From contig JAKQTR010000040.1 in assembly GCA_029562975.1 (NCBI GenBank), positions 64,683 to 128,682 of the forward strand: a DNA stretch of 64,000 bases, read 5' to 3'. Each line of letters opens with the position of its first letter. Within the stretch, counting starts at the first letter, position 1. The notes beneath the pieces are model-generated. The model was not told the origin of the DNA. It ran no database searches and worked only from the letters and a program-made list of their open reading frames with translations. Source of the stretch: Acidobacteriota bacterium (lineage in GTDB: Bacteria > Acidobacteriota > Vicinamibacteria > Vicinamibacterales > JAKQTR01). Of this stretch, positions 36,941 to 46,577 are shown piece after piece. The position numbers were made by a program, and so were the translations under genes.

Positions 36941-38833
36941 GTGAGCGGAATCTTCGGGGTCCTGGGTCGGCCCGGCGGCGATCGCAGCCGCGACATCGTG
37001 GGCGCCATGGCGGACACCCTCAGGCGGCGCCCCTGGCACCTCACCGAGACATCCCTTCCCGAGGCCGACGCGGCCCTCGGCCGGCAGTCCATCGGGGTCT
37101 TCAACCGGCTCCCGCAGCCCGTTCAGCACGCAGCCGGCGTCAGCCTGTGGCTCTGCGGGGAGTTCTACCACCAGCGGGAGCGCCGCGGACGCCTCGCGTC
37201 CGAGGGCCGGCTCGACGGGGAGGCGCCTGATGAGGCCCTCGCCCTGGCCGTCTACGAGCGCGACGGCATCGAGGGGCTCACCGCGCTCGAGGGCGCGTTC
37301 GCTATCGCCGTCTGGGACCGCCGAACGCGCACGTTCGTGTTCGTCAACGACCGCTTCGGGTCGTACCCCCATCTTTACGCGCACACGGGCGGCGGCCTGA
37401 CCCTCGCTCCGGACCTCGAGACCGTCTGCTGCAACCCGGCGGTGAGCCGAGCGCTCGACCGGACGACCGTGGCGCAGTTCGTGCGCTTCCAGCAGGCGCT
37501 CGGCGATCGGACGTGGCTGCAGGGCGTCCGCCTGCTTCCGCCCGCGTCGCAACTGGTGTACCGGCCCGATGACGACGCGCTGGACATCCGGGCGTACTGG
37601 GATTGGGATCGGATTGGCCGGCAGCCCTCGATCACCTTCGACGACGCCGTGGACGGATGCATCGGCGTCTTTCAGCGGGCCGTCGATGCGATGACCGCCC
37701 CTCCGGCCCGGCCCGGCATCTTCCTGAGCGGCGGCCTGGACGGCCGCGCCATTCTCGGGTTCGCGCGGCCCGACGCGGCCCTTGCGACGATCACCTACGG
37801 CGCGGCGGGATGCCGGGATGTCGTGCTGGCCGAGCGGCTGTCGCGGGCGGCCGGGCGCCCGCACCACTGGTTTCCGTTCCGCGACGGCTCGTGGGTCGAA
37901 GCGTGCGCGCCGCTGCACGTGGCCATCACGAGCGGCCTCCACGGGTGGTACAACGCGCATGGGCTCAGCGTGCTCCCGCAGATCCGCGGCCTCATGGACG
38001 TGAACCTCTCCGGCTACGACGGCGGCACCGTGCTGGGCGGCAGCCTGAACTTCTACCGCGACCGGCCCTACCGGGAGGCGCCCGATCCGGCCGCGCTCGC
38101 CGCGAGCTTCTTCGACGCGTTCTGCACGAAATTCACCTGGCCCGGCCTCACCGACGACGAGGCGCGCGCGCTGTTTGCCGGCGAAAGCCGGGACCTGTTC
38201 AGGCGGGCCCCGGCCTCGCTCCGCGACGAGCTGGCGCGCGTCTCGGACTTCCCTCCCGGCCGCCAGGCGGACTTCTTCTACCACCGTCACGCGCTGGCGC
38301 GCGCGCTGCAATACCAGGTCGTCGTGCAGCGGTCGGCGATCGAGGTGCGCTGTCCCTTCTTCGACTACGCGGTGATCGACTTCGTCTACTCGCTGCCGGA
38401 CCGCATCCGCACGACGCCGATGTTCCGGCGCACCGTGCTGACGCGCCGCATGCCGAAGCTGGCGCGGATTCCCCACGAGAAGACCAACCTGCTGCCGCAC
38501 GCGAGCCCGTGGGTCTACTACCCCCACGCGTTCCTGCGGAAGCTCGGGAACCGGATCAACAGGCACGTCGCGCCGGTGTTCGCGGACAGGCCCCGCCTGT
38601 ACGCGGACTACGAGAACTACCTCCGCCGCGAACTGCGTCCGTGGGCGGAAGACCTGCTGCTCGGCCCCAGGGCCGCGGCGCGCGGGCTCTTCGATCCCGC
38701 AGTGGTCCGGTCGCTCTGGGAGCGGCACCTGGCCGCTGAAGAGCTCTGGACAATCGGCAAGGTCGGGCCGCTCATTTCGATCGAACTCGCCCTCAGGCGC
38801 TTCATCGACAGCGAAAGCCGGCCGGCCGCATGA
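36941..38833 (+). CDS. asparagine synthetase B-like amidotransferase with Ser replacing the N-terminal nucleophile Cys
   Basis: GTG at 36941 with GGAGG 5 nt upstream. The N-terminus reads (M)SGIFGVLG where the family has MCGI. The PP-loop 'FLSGGLDG' is intact. Confidence 0.75.
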   Translation: MSGIFGVLGRPGGDRSRDIVGAMADTLRRRPWHLTETSLPEADAALGRQSIGVFNRLPQPVQHAAGVSLWLCGEFYHQRERRGRLASEGRLDGEAPDEALALAVYERDGIEGLTALEGAFAIAVWDRRTRTFVFVNDRFGSYPHLYAHTGGGLTLAPDLETVCCNPAVSRALDRTTVAQFVRFQQALGDRTWLQGVRLLPPASQLVYRPDDDALDIRAYWDWDRIGRQPSITFDDAVDGCIGVFQRAVDAMTAPPARPGIFLSGGLDGRAILGFARPDAALATITYGAAGCRDVVLAERLSRAAGRPHHWFPFRDGSWVEACAPLHVAITSGLHGWYNAHGLSVLPQIRGLMDVNLSGYDGGTVLGGSLNFYRDRPYREAPDPAALAASFFDAFCTKFTWPGLTDDEARALFAGESRDLFRRAPASLRDELARVSDFPPGRQADFFYHRHALARALQYQVVVQRSAIEVRCPFFDYAVIDFVYSLPDRIRTTPMFRRTVLTRRMPKLARIPHEKTNLLPHASPWVYYPHAFLRKLGNRINRHVAPVFADRPRLYADYENYLRRELRPWAEDLLLGPRAAARGLFDPAVVRSLWERHLAAEELWTIGKVGPLISIELALRRFIDSESRPAA

Positions 38834-40140
38834 ATCCGCGCATCCTGATCGCCGTCCACGGGTACCCGCCGGCCGCCGGCGGCGGCGCGGAGCTGCGCGC
38901 GGCGCGGCTGGCCACCCTACTCGCGCGCAGGGGGCTCGAGATGCGCGCCTTCGCCTTCGGATCGCATGCCGCGGGACCGCTGCGCTGGGACGACGCCGAC
39001 GAGGACGGCATCGTGGTGAGAAGGCTGTACGGCGATCCCGCGGCCGGCCAGGACCCTTTCGAAGCCTCCTACGACAGCCAGGAGATCGGGCGGGCGCTGC
39101 AACTCGCGCTGCGGGAGTGGCGGCCGCACCTAGTGTACCTCTTCAGCGGCTATCTGATGTCGTCGAGCGTGGTGCGAGCGGCGCATGAGGCGGGCATCCC
39201 CGTCGCCCTGAACCTGACCGACTACTGGTGGTTCTGCCACCGCATCAATCTGATGCTGGGCGACGGCTCCCCGTGCCCCGCACCGTCACTGGCGGGCTGC
39301 GCGCGCTGCCTGGCGGAATCGCGGCGCCGCTGGAGGCTGCCCGCCGCCGTCTGGCCCGCCGCGGCCCGCGCGTTCTGGGCCGCGGCGCCACGCGTCCGCG
39401 TCCTCGACCGGCCCCTCGGCATCGACCGGATCCGCCGCCGCGCCGAAGTCCTGTCGCAGACGATTCGGGAGGTCCGCGCCTTGATCTCGCCGTCGCGGCA
39501 CCTCGCCGACTTCTACGCTCGCCAGGGAATCGACCCGGGGCGACTCCACGTGATCAGACAGGGAGTCCAGATCGAGCAGCGCGTGCCTCGCGTGGCCGCG
39601 GCCGAGCTGCGGTTCGTGTTCGCCGGCCAGGTCAAGGCGCACAAGGGAATCCAGACGCTGCTTGACGCCTGGTCGATGCTGACCGGGCCGAGACCAAGGC
39701 GGCTGACCATCTATGGCTCGGCGGCGGGAGAGGAAGCCTTCGGCGCGCGGATTCGGAAGCGCGTGGCGGACGCCGATGACGTCGAGTGGCCCGGGGTCTA
39801 CGGTCCTGGCGGCGTCTGGCAGGTCCTGGCGGAGGCGGACGCCGTCGTCGTGCCGTCGCTGTGCCTGGAGAACAGCCCGAACATCGTGCTCGAGGCGCAG
39901 GCGACTGGAGTCCCGGTCGTTGGCTCGAACCACGGGGGCGTCGCGGAACTCGTGCGCCACGACCACGACGGCCTCCTGTTCCCCGCCGGAAGTGCCGTCG
40001 GCCTGGCGCGCGCGCTCCAGCGCCTGCTCGACGAACCGGGCCTGGCGCCGCGATTGTCCCGCGATGGCCCGCCGCCACGATCGACCGAGGCTGAGGTGGA
40101 TGAGACGCTGCGCGTCCTGGGCCGGTTCCTGCCCGGCTGA
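38830..40140 (+). CDS. GT4-family glycosyltransferase
   Basis: The ATG at 38830 overlaps the upstream TGA as ATGA. 'ILIAVHGYPPAAGGGAE' and 'ENSPNIVLEAQATGVPVVGSNHGGVAELV'. Confidence 0.8.
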   Translation: MNPRILIAVHGYPPAAGGGAELRAARLATLLARRGLEMRAFAFGSHAAGPLRWDDADEDGIVVRRLYGDPAAGQDPFEASYDSQEIGRALQLALREWRPHLVYLFSGYLMSSSVVRAAHEAGIPVALNLTDYWWFCHRINLMLGDGSPCPAPSLAGCARCLAESRRRWRLPAAVWPAAARAFWAAAPRVRVLDRPLGIDRIRRRAEVLSQTIREVRALISPSRHLADFYARQGIDPGRLHVIRQGVQIEQRVPRVAAAELRFVFAGQVKAHKGIQTLLDAWSMLTGPRPRRLTIYGSAAGEEAFGARIRKRVADADDVEWPGVYGPGGVWQVLAEADAVVVPSLCLENSPNIVLEAQATGVPVVGSNHGGVAELVRHDHDGLLFPAGSAVGLARALQRLLDEPGLAPRLSRDGPPPRSTEAEVDETLRVLGRFLPG

Positions 40141-40164
40141 TCGCGGGCCAGCGTGCAGGCTGCC

Positions 40165-41364
40165 ATGAGGCTGCTCGTCGTTTCAACCTGGTTCCCGCTG
40201 CCGCCGGACAACGGCAGCCGCCTTCGCGCGTACCACCTGCTGCGCGAGCTGGGCCGGCGCCACGACGTCACGCTCCTGTCCTTCCGCGGCGAGGGCAGGC
40301 CGACAGCCGGGCAGGAGGCCGCTCTCCGGGAAAGCTGCCGCGCGATCGACACCGTGCCCGACGGGGCGTTCGCAGAGCGGCGCCTGACGGCGCGCGGGCT
40401 GCTCTCGCCCGTGCCCCGCTCGTACGCGCAGGCGTTCTCGGCCGACATGGCCGCGCGCATCCGCGCCGCCGCCCCCGGGCACGACGCGGTCGTGGCCCTC
40501 CAGGTGACGGCGGCGTTCCACGCGCGAGCCGCCGCGAAGCGCCTCCCCGGCGTGTTCGAAGAAGCCGAGCTGGCCGTCATCCGGGACGCGGCTGGCATGG
40601 AGACGAGCGCGGCCAGGCGGCTCCGGCGTAGAGCGACCTGGCTGAAATACTCGAGGTTCGTGCGCAGCCTCTGCCGCCGATTTGCCGTCACGACCGTCGT
40701 CTCGGAGGCCGAGCGGGAGATTCTGGCGGGAATCGGATGCGACCCCCGCGCGCTGAAGGTCGTGCCAAACGGCGTGGCTGCGGCAGACCTCGAATGGCCG
40801 GCCTCTCGACGCTGCGAGCGCCTCATCTACCCGGGCTCGCTGACCTACGCCGCAAACGCGGATGCCGTCCGATGGTTCCTCGCTTCGATCCTGCCTCTCA
40901 TCGACGCTGCCCGGCCCGGCGTCGAGTTCTTGGTCACCGGGAGCAGCGACGGCGTTGAGGCCGCTGACTGGCAGGGCCATGGCCGCATGACGCTGACCGG
41001 GCATCTGCCCGACGTGCGTCCGGCCGTCGCCGAAAGCGCGGTCTGCGTCGTGCCCCTGAGGATCGGCGGCGGGACGCGGCTGAAAATCCTCCAGGCGATG
41101 GCTCTCGGAACGCCGGTCGTGTCAACGTCCAAGGGCGCCGAAGGCCTGGCGGTGACCCCCGGCCGCGACATCCTGATTGGAGACTCCCCGGATCAGTTCG
41201 CGGCGCACGTCCTCCGGCTGCTGGCGGACGCCGAGCTCGGCACCCGTCTCGCAGCCGCGGCGCGCGACCTCGTCCGCGAGCGGTATACGTGGGAAAGGAG
41301 CGGCGAACGGCTGCACGAGGCCGTCGCCGAGGCGGTGTCGGCATGGAGAGTGGCAGGACGATGA
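40165..41364 (+). CDS. GT4-family glycosyltransferase
   Basis: I chose ATG 40165 (MRLLVVSTWFPLPPDNGSRLR) over the track's GTG at 40153. 'GGTRLKILQAMALGTPVVSTSKGAEGL'. Confidence 0.8.
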   Translation: MRLLVVSTWFPLPPDNGSRLRAYHLLRELGRRHDVTLLSFRGEGRPTAGQEAALRESCRAIDTVPDGAFAERRLTARGLLSPVPRSYAQAFSADMAARIRAAAPGHDAVVALQVTAAFHARAAAKRLPGVFEEAELAVIRDAAGMETSAARRLRRRATWLKYSRFVRSLCRRFAVTTVVSEAEREILAGIGCDPRALKVVPNGVAAADLEWPASRRCERLIYPGSLTYAANADAVRWFLASILPLIDAARPGVEFLVTGSSDGVEAADWQGHGRMTLTGHLPDVRPAVAESAVCVVPLRIGGGTRLKILQAMALGTPVVSTSKGAEGLAVTPGRDILIGDSPDQFAAHVLRLLADAELGTRLAAAARDLVRERYTWERSGERLHEAVAEAVSAWRVAGR

Positions 41365-43046
41365 ACCACGCGCAAGGACGCGTCGGCACGGCGGCCAGGT
41401 TCGCGCTCGTCAGCGCGGCCGTGATCCTCGTGACCGGGCTCCCGTACCTGTACGGGTTCGCGGCCGCAGGGCCAGACCGCGTGTTCACGGGGCTGATGTA
41501 CGACGTGCCGGACCACGCGCAGTATTGGTCGTGGGTCACCGCCTCGCGCGAGAGCCTCTTCATCAGCAACACGATGACGCCCGAGGCGAATCCGCCGATC
41601 TTCACCAACCCGATGATGTGGGCTCTCGCCCAGGTGCAGCGGGCTTTCGGGCTCTCGTTCCCGGCGCTGTTCCAGGTCTGGCGCTTCGCCGCGGTCTTCT
41701 CGCTGGTGGCGGCGCTCTGGTGGTTTGTCAGCGTCATGGTCCCCGAGCGCGCCCGGCGGAGAACCGCCTTCTGGCTCTCGCTGGCAGGCTCGGGCCTGGG
41801 CTGGGCCCTCATCGTCGGGAAAGTCGCGCTGCGACTGCCGGACGCCCCCTATCCGGTTGACATCTACACGATCGAGCCGAACACCTTCTGGGGCCTGCTG
41901 GCCTATCCCTACCTGCCCCTGGCCCAGTCGCTACTGCTCGCGAGCGTCGTCTGTGTGTGGCGGGCGCACAAGCGCCCGAGCGTGCCGGCCTTCGTTCTGG
42001 CCGGCCTGGCGTCGCTGGCCCTGGCCCTCGTGCATGCGTACGACCTGATCGTCCTGTACGCCGTGATCGGAGCGTTTGGCCTCGCCCTGCTCGCGCGTGA
42101 CCGGAGGCTCCCGCTGGCTCTCGCGGGCGCCGGCCTGACGGTGGCAGCGTGCTCGGCGCCGATGGCGTGGTACTTCCAGTCGCTGACGTCCAGCAATCCG
42201 CTCTGGAGATCGATTCTCGCCCAGTACTCGGGCGCCGGCGTGTGGACGCCGCGCCATGTCCACCTGATCGTCCTGATGGGACTGCCCCTGATCCTGGCGG
42301 TTCCGGGCTTCTTTCGCCGGGGCCCGCGGACCGACGAGCGGCTTCTGGTGTCGGCCTGGGCGGCCGTCGGGCTGGTGCTGATCTACCTGCCCGTTGTGTT
42401 CCAGATCAAGATGCTCGGGGGCTGGCAGTTCCCGATCGCGGCCCTCGCGGCTGGCGCGTGGCACGAGTCCGTCGAGCCGTGGATCTCCAGGAAGTTCCCT
42501 CGGCGCGTGGGCGGTGTGAGCGCCGTGACCGCCGCCCGCGCGCTCCTCCTGCTGGCCGTCCTGCCGACCAACGTCTACCTGTACGCCTGGCGGTTCGTCG
42601 AGCTGCGGCGTCAGGCCCCGCCCTACTACCTGCATCGGGACGAGGCGGCCGCGCTGGACTGGCTGAGGCACCACGCCGCGCCGGAAGACGTCGTGCTCGC
42701 GCCGGAGGCGATCGGCCAGTTCGTGCCAAACTACGGGGAGTCTCGCGCCTACCTTGCCCACTGGGCCATGACGAACCGCTACCATGAGCGCGTGGCGCGC
42801 GTGCGGGCGTTCTTCGACCCGGACGTGGTCGATGCGTGGCGGGCCCAGCTCCTGAGGCAGGAAGGCGTGACGCTGGTGCTGCGGGCCGGCAGCGTGCCGG
42901 GCCTGCCGCGCCTGTACGACCCAGGCGGTTCGCCCTTGTGGGACGCGCTGTTCCAGAGCCCGCGCGCGCAGATCTACCGGCTGCGGCCGGCGCCGCCGGT
43001 GGAGGTGGCGGACCAGGGATCGCCGGGTGGAAGGGGCGTTCGATGA
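41361..43046 (+). CDS. large polytopic membrane protein, GT-C-like (putative polyprenyl-phosphate-sugar-dependent glycosyltransferase)
   Basis: The ATG at 41361 overlaps the upstream TGA as ATGA. About 12 TM segments are followed by a soluble C-terminal domain. I recognised no specific family; the GT-C call rests on topology and context. Confidence 0.45.
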   Translation: MNHAQGRVGTAARFALVSAAVILVTGLPYLYGFAAAGPDRVFTGLMYDVPDHAQYWSWVTASRESLFISNTMTPEANPPIFTNPMMWALAQVQRAFGLSFPALFQVWRFAAVFSLVAALWWFVSVMVPERARRRTAFWLSLAGSGLGWALIVGKVALRLPDAPYPVDIYTIEPNTFWGLLAYPYLPLAQSLLLASVVCVWRAHKRPSVPAFVLAGLASLALALVHAYDLIVLYAVIGAFGLALLARDRRLPLALAGAGLTVAACSAPMAWYFQSLTSSNPLWRSILAQYSGAGVWTPRHVHLIVLMGLPLILAVPGFFRRGPRTDERLLVSAWAAVGLVLIYLPVVFQIKMLGGWQFPIAALAAGAWHESVEPWISRKFPRRVGGVSAVTAARALLLLAVLPTNVYLYAWRFVELRRQAPPYYLHRDEAAALDWLRHHAAPEDVVLAPEAIGQFVPNYGESRAYLAHWAMTNRYHERVARVRAFFDPDVVDAWRAQLLRQEGVTLVLRAGSVPGLPRLYDPGGSPLWDALFQSPRAQIYRLRPAPPVEVADQGSPGGRGVR

Positions 43047-43801
43047 GCGCTGTGAATCAGCTCGGCTTCTACCTCCGCAGCAAGACCAGGAGCCCCTGGC
43101 GCTACGCGCTCGGCGAGACGCTCCAGGCGCTGCTCGCCTGGGTCCCGGGCATCGTGGGCATCGGCCTCCGCGCCATCGCCTACAAGGTGGTGCTGAAGGC
43201 GGACGGGCTTCCTGCCATCGAGGACCACGTGCGCCTCGTTCGCTGCGAGGACATCCGCATCGGCCGATCCGTGTACATCGACCACGGGGTGTACCTTCAC
43301 GGCGGGCAGGGCGGCCTGGAGATCGGCGACGGTTCCTGGCTGATGGCCGGCTGCCGCCTTCACGTGTTCAACTTCCGGGGCATCTCGCACGCCGGTATCC
43401 GGATCGGCCGGCGGACCTTCCTAGGGGAGGAGACGCTCATGCGCGGACAGGGCGGGATCACGGTTGGCGACAACGTGCTGTTCGCGCCGCGCGTCCAGGT
43501 GCTCGCCGTCGATCACGTCATGGCGGATCCCGCAAGGCCCATCATGGATCAGGGCATCACCGCCCGCGGCATCGTCATCGAGGACGGCTGCTGGATCGGG
43601 GCGGGCGCGGTGGTGCTCGACGGCGTGACCATCGGGCGCGGCTCCTGCGTGGGCGCCGGCGCCGTCGTGACGGCGTCGGTTCCGCCGCACAGCCTCGCCG
43701 TGGGCGTGCCGGCGCGCGTCATCCGGAACCTGCGCGACAATCCGCTCGCGGCCCCCGATGCGGCCGTCTACTTCGGGGGCATGGACGAACTGCGGGCGTA
43801 G
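43043..43801 (+). CDS. hexapeptide-repeat (left-handed beta-helix) acyl/acetyltransferase
   Basis: The ATG at 43043 overlaps the upstream TGA as ATGA. 'IEDGCWIGAGAVVLDGVTIGRGSCVGAGAVV' hexapeptide repeats. Confidence 0.8.
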   Translation: MSAVNQLGFYLRSKTRSPWRYALGETLQALLAWVPGIVGIGLRAIAYKVVLKADGLPAIEDHVRLVRCEDIRIGRSVYIDHGVYLHGGQGGLEIGDGSWLMAGCRLHVFNFRGISHAGIRIGRRTFLGEETLMRGQGGITVGDNVLFAPRVQVLAVDHVMADPARPIMDQGITARGIVIEDGCWIGAGAVVLDGVTIGRGSCVGAGAVVTASVPPHSLAVGVPARVIRNLRDNPLAAPDAAVYFGGMDELRA

Positions 43802-43843
43802 GCGCGTCGGGACGCCGCCCGGCGCGGGCCCACGGAGCCGCCG

Positions 43844-45100
43844 ATGCGGATCCTCTTCCTGACCGAGACCATTCCGTTTCCGCTCGATAGCGGCGGGCGG
43901 GTCAAGACGTACCACACGCTCCAGTCGCTGGCGGACGAGCACGAGATCCACTGCCATGCCTTCATCCGGTCGGCAGCGGAACGGCGCCACGCGGGCGAGC
44001 TGGAGCGGCACTGCGCGTCGCTGACCCTCCACCTGCGTCCGCCCAGGCCCGCGCGGGAGGCCGGGGCGCTCGCCCTGAGCCTGGCGACGCGAACGCCCTT
44101 CACCGTGGCGCGGCACTACTTCCGCGGCGTGCTCCGCCGCCTCGTGAGGTCCTGCGCCGAGCGCCGCTTCGACGCGGCGTACTACGACCACCTCAGCATG
44201 CTCGCGTACGCGCGGCGCGTCGGGCTGCCCGCCATCCACGACGCGCACAACGTCGAGTACGACCTGGTCAGGCGCCACGCCGCCACGCTGCCCTGGTCTC
44301 CCGTCCGGCTGTTCGTCGAGCGGGAGTGGCGGTTGCTGAGACGGTACGAACGGGCGCGGTACGCGCGATGCGGCCTCATCTTCGCCGTGAGCGAACGGGA
44401 CGCCGCGGCGATTCGGTCGCTCGCAGGCGGCGAGCCCGAGGTGCGCGTCGTGCCGATCTCGATTGACGCGCGCGCCATGCCGGCCGGCGGCCCTCGCCCG
44501 CGCCGCCCGGACCTGCTGTTTGTGGGCGGCCTGCACTGGCCGCCGAACGCCGACGCCGTGGCCCACTTCGCCCGCGACATCTGGCCCCTCGTCCGACACG
44601 AGGCGCCGGATGCGACCCTGACCGTCGTGGGCCGAGACGACGCGCCGGTGGCCCGAACCCTCCGGCGGATCGACGGCATCCGCCTCGCCGGGCGCGTGCC
44701 TGACGTGGCGCCCTATTTCGAGAGGGCCCGCGCCTTCGTCGTTCCGCTTCGAGCCGGGGGCGGCATGAGGGTCAAGATCCTCGAAGCGCTGGCGCGCGGT
44801 CTGCCGGTTGTCAGCACCGCGATCGGCGTCGAGGGCATCGATGCCGCGCATGGGGTCCACCTGCTGGTGGCCGATGACCCGGGATCGTTCGCGCGGGCGG
44901 TGAGCCAGGTCGTCGGCAACGACGGCCTGGCTGCGGAACTCGCCGCCGCCGGGAGGAGGCTGGTGCTGGAGCGTTATGATCGCTCGGTGGTCGGAGAGAA
45001 GCTGCGCCGGGACCTGAGGGAGTGCGGCGACCGTCTGGGACGACCGACCGATGCCGTAGAGGGCAGACAAAAGTCGGCTAGCAAGGCGAGTTTTGATTGA
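43844..45100 (+). CDS. GT4-family glycosyltransferase
   Basis: ATG at 43844 ('MRILFLTETIPFPLDSGGRVKTYH'). 'GGMRVKILEALARGLPVVSTAIGVEGI'. Confidence 0.8.
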   Translation: MRILFLTETIPFPLDSGGRVKTYHTLQSLADEHEIHCHAFIRSAAERRHAGELERHCASLTLHLRPPRPAREAGALALSLATRTPFTVARHYFRGVLRRLVRSCAERRFDAAYYDHLSMLAYARRVGLPAIHDAHNVEYDLVRRHAATLPWSPVRLFVEREWRLLRRYERARYARCGLIFAVSERDAAAIRSLAGGEPEVRVVPISIDARAMPAGGPRPRRPDLLFVGGLHWPPNADAVAHFARDIWPLVRHEAPDATLTVVGRDDAPVARTLRRIDGIRLAGRVPDVAPYFERARAFVVPLRAGGGMRVKILEALARGLPVVSTAIGVEGIDAAHGVHLLVADDPGSFARAVSQVVGNDGLAAELAAAGRRLVLERYDRSVVGEKLRRDLRECGDRLGRPTDAVEGRQKSASKASFD

Positions 45101-45246
45101 CAGGGAACTCCCCATGCCCCGCTCCCGGGCGCGCCGTCAACCCCGCTCTCTGCCGCAAGGCCCGCTGGCGGCTGAAACAGCCGGTGAGCGGCCCACAGCG
45201 CAATCAGGCCCCGTGGGCGCCCGCGACGCTGGCGCCACGCTGACAC

Positions 45247-45263
45247 GGGCACGAGTCTTGCTG
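45247..45263 (+). promoter_or_regulatory. candidate sigma54 (-24/-12) promoter inside the long plus-strand EPS operon
   Basis: GGGCACG-AGTC-TTGCTG, i.e. GGCAC-N5-TTGCT with exact GG-N10-GC spacing. It lies in the only sizeable (223 nt) gap of the operon, ~60 nt upstream of ATG 45324. Confidence 0.5.
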
Positions 45264-45323
45264 TTCGACCAGAGGAACTCATCCGAGTCAGGACGGGCGC
45301 CCGCAACCTCTCTCGAGGCACGC

Positions 45324-46577
45324 ATGGCCAGCACACCAGATTCCGCCGCCCCACCGGAACCAGACATGGCCGGCAGTCGAACCGCCAACGGGTTGTCGAT
45401 CTGTATCCCGGTGCTCAACGAAGAGGGCTCCATCGGGGAGACCCTCGAGCGGTGCCTGGCGCTCGCCCCGGCCCTCGGCGCCATCGGCCTCGACGGCCTC
45501 GAGATCATCGCCGTCGACGACGGATCGACCGACCGGACGGCCGAACGGGTGCGCGAGCACCCCGGGGTGCGCCTCATTCAGCACCCGGTGAATCGAGGCT
45601 ACGGGGCGGCCTTGAAGACCGGGTTCGCCGCGGCCCGCTACGACGTGATTGCCTTCCTCGATGCCGACGCGACCTACCCGCCTGAGGAGTTCCCGGCCCT
45701 CTGCCAACCGATCGTCGACAGGAAGGCCGACCTCGTGATCGGCTCCCGCATGCTGGGCGCCGACTCGGAGATGCCGCTCGTCCGGCGGATCGGCAACGCC
45801 TTTTTTGCGTCGCTCCTGAGCCTCGTCGGCCGCTCGTCGGTCACGGACAGCGCCAGCGGCATGCGCGTGTTCCGCCGGGAGGCCCTCGGACTGCTCTCGC
45901 CGCTGCCGGACGGCCTCAACCTGACGCCGGTCATGAGCACGCGGGCGGTGCACGAGCGCCTGAACGTCGTCGAGGTGCCGATCACCTACCGCGAGCGCGT
46001 CGGGCGGTCGAAGCTGAGCGTCACGAAGGACGGCCTGCGCTTCCTGAAGACCATCGTCTGGACGACGCTCACCTACAACCCCGTCCGGATCTTCGGCGCC
46101 GCGGGGCTGGCCGGGATCGGCCTTGCCGCCGTCATCGGCCTCGCGCTGACCGCCATGCGCCTCAGCGGCGTCACCTCGCTCGGCCCGATCGGCGCCTTCA
46201 GCGTGTTCGCGGCCGTCGTCTGCGCCGTTGCCGGCGTGAGCGTCTTCGCGCTCGGCGCGTCGTTCAACTACCTCGTGTCGCTCTTCTACAAGCGGCCGAT
46301 CCGCCAGGGCCTGTTCCGCAAGCCGCTGTTCGAAGTGCCGATCGAACGCTGGTTCCTGCCGATTGGCCTGGCGGCGTTTGCCGCAGGCGCCGCGATGTCG
46401 GTCGCGAGCCTGGCGCTCGCCGTCGGCGGCTGGGCCATCGAACGCTTGTGGCTGTACCTGTCCGCGTCGTCGCTGCTCATCCTGGTCGGGCTGCACCTGA
46501 CGGCCTGGTGGCTCGTCATGTCGGTCTTGCACGAGCTGAGCGCGGGCGGGCGCACCGAGGAGGCCTCCCGTGGGTGA
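45324..46577 (+). CDS. GT2-family polyprenyl-phosphate glycosyltransferase (DPM1/GtrB/ArnC-like) with C-terminal TM segments
   Basis: ATG at 45324 (alternative 45366). 'LSICIPVLNEEGSI', 'IIAVDDGSTDRT', 'NRGYGAALKTG', 'FLDADATYPPEE', then 4 or more C-terminal TM helices. Confidence 0.8.
   Translation: MASTPDSAAPPEPDMAGSRTANGLSICIPVLNEEGSIGETLERCLALAPALGAIGLDGLEIIAVDDGSTDRTAERVREHPGVRLIQHPVNRGYGAALKTGFAAARYDVIAFLDADATYPPEEFPALCQPIVDRKADLVIGSRMLGADSEMPLVRRIGNAFFASLLSLVGRSSVTDSASGMRVFRREALGLLSPLPDGLNLTPVMSTRAVHERLNVVEVPITYRERVGRSKLSVTKDGLRFLKTIVWTTLTYNPVRIFGAAGLAGIGLAAVIGLALTAMRLSGVTSLGPIGAFSVFAAVVCAVAGVSVFALGASFNYLVSLFYKRPIRQGLFRKPLFEVPIERWFLPIGLAAFAAGAAMSVASLALAVGGWAIERLWLYLSASSLLILVGLHLTAWWLVMSVLHELSAGGRTEEASRG

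Noticed and set aside
36941-38833. AsnB-like protein as a lasso-peptide cyclase
   Set aside because: It retains a full-length N-terminal glutaminase-like domain. There is no adjacent PqqD/transglutaminase-type (B1/B2) gene or short precursor ORF. It is the first gene of a glycosyltransferase operon.
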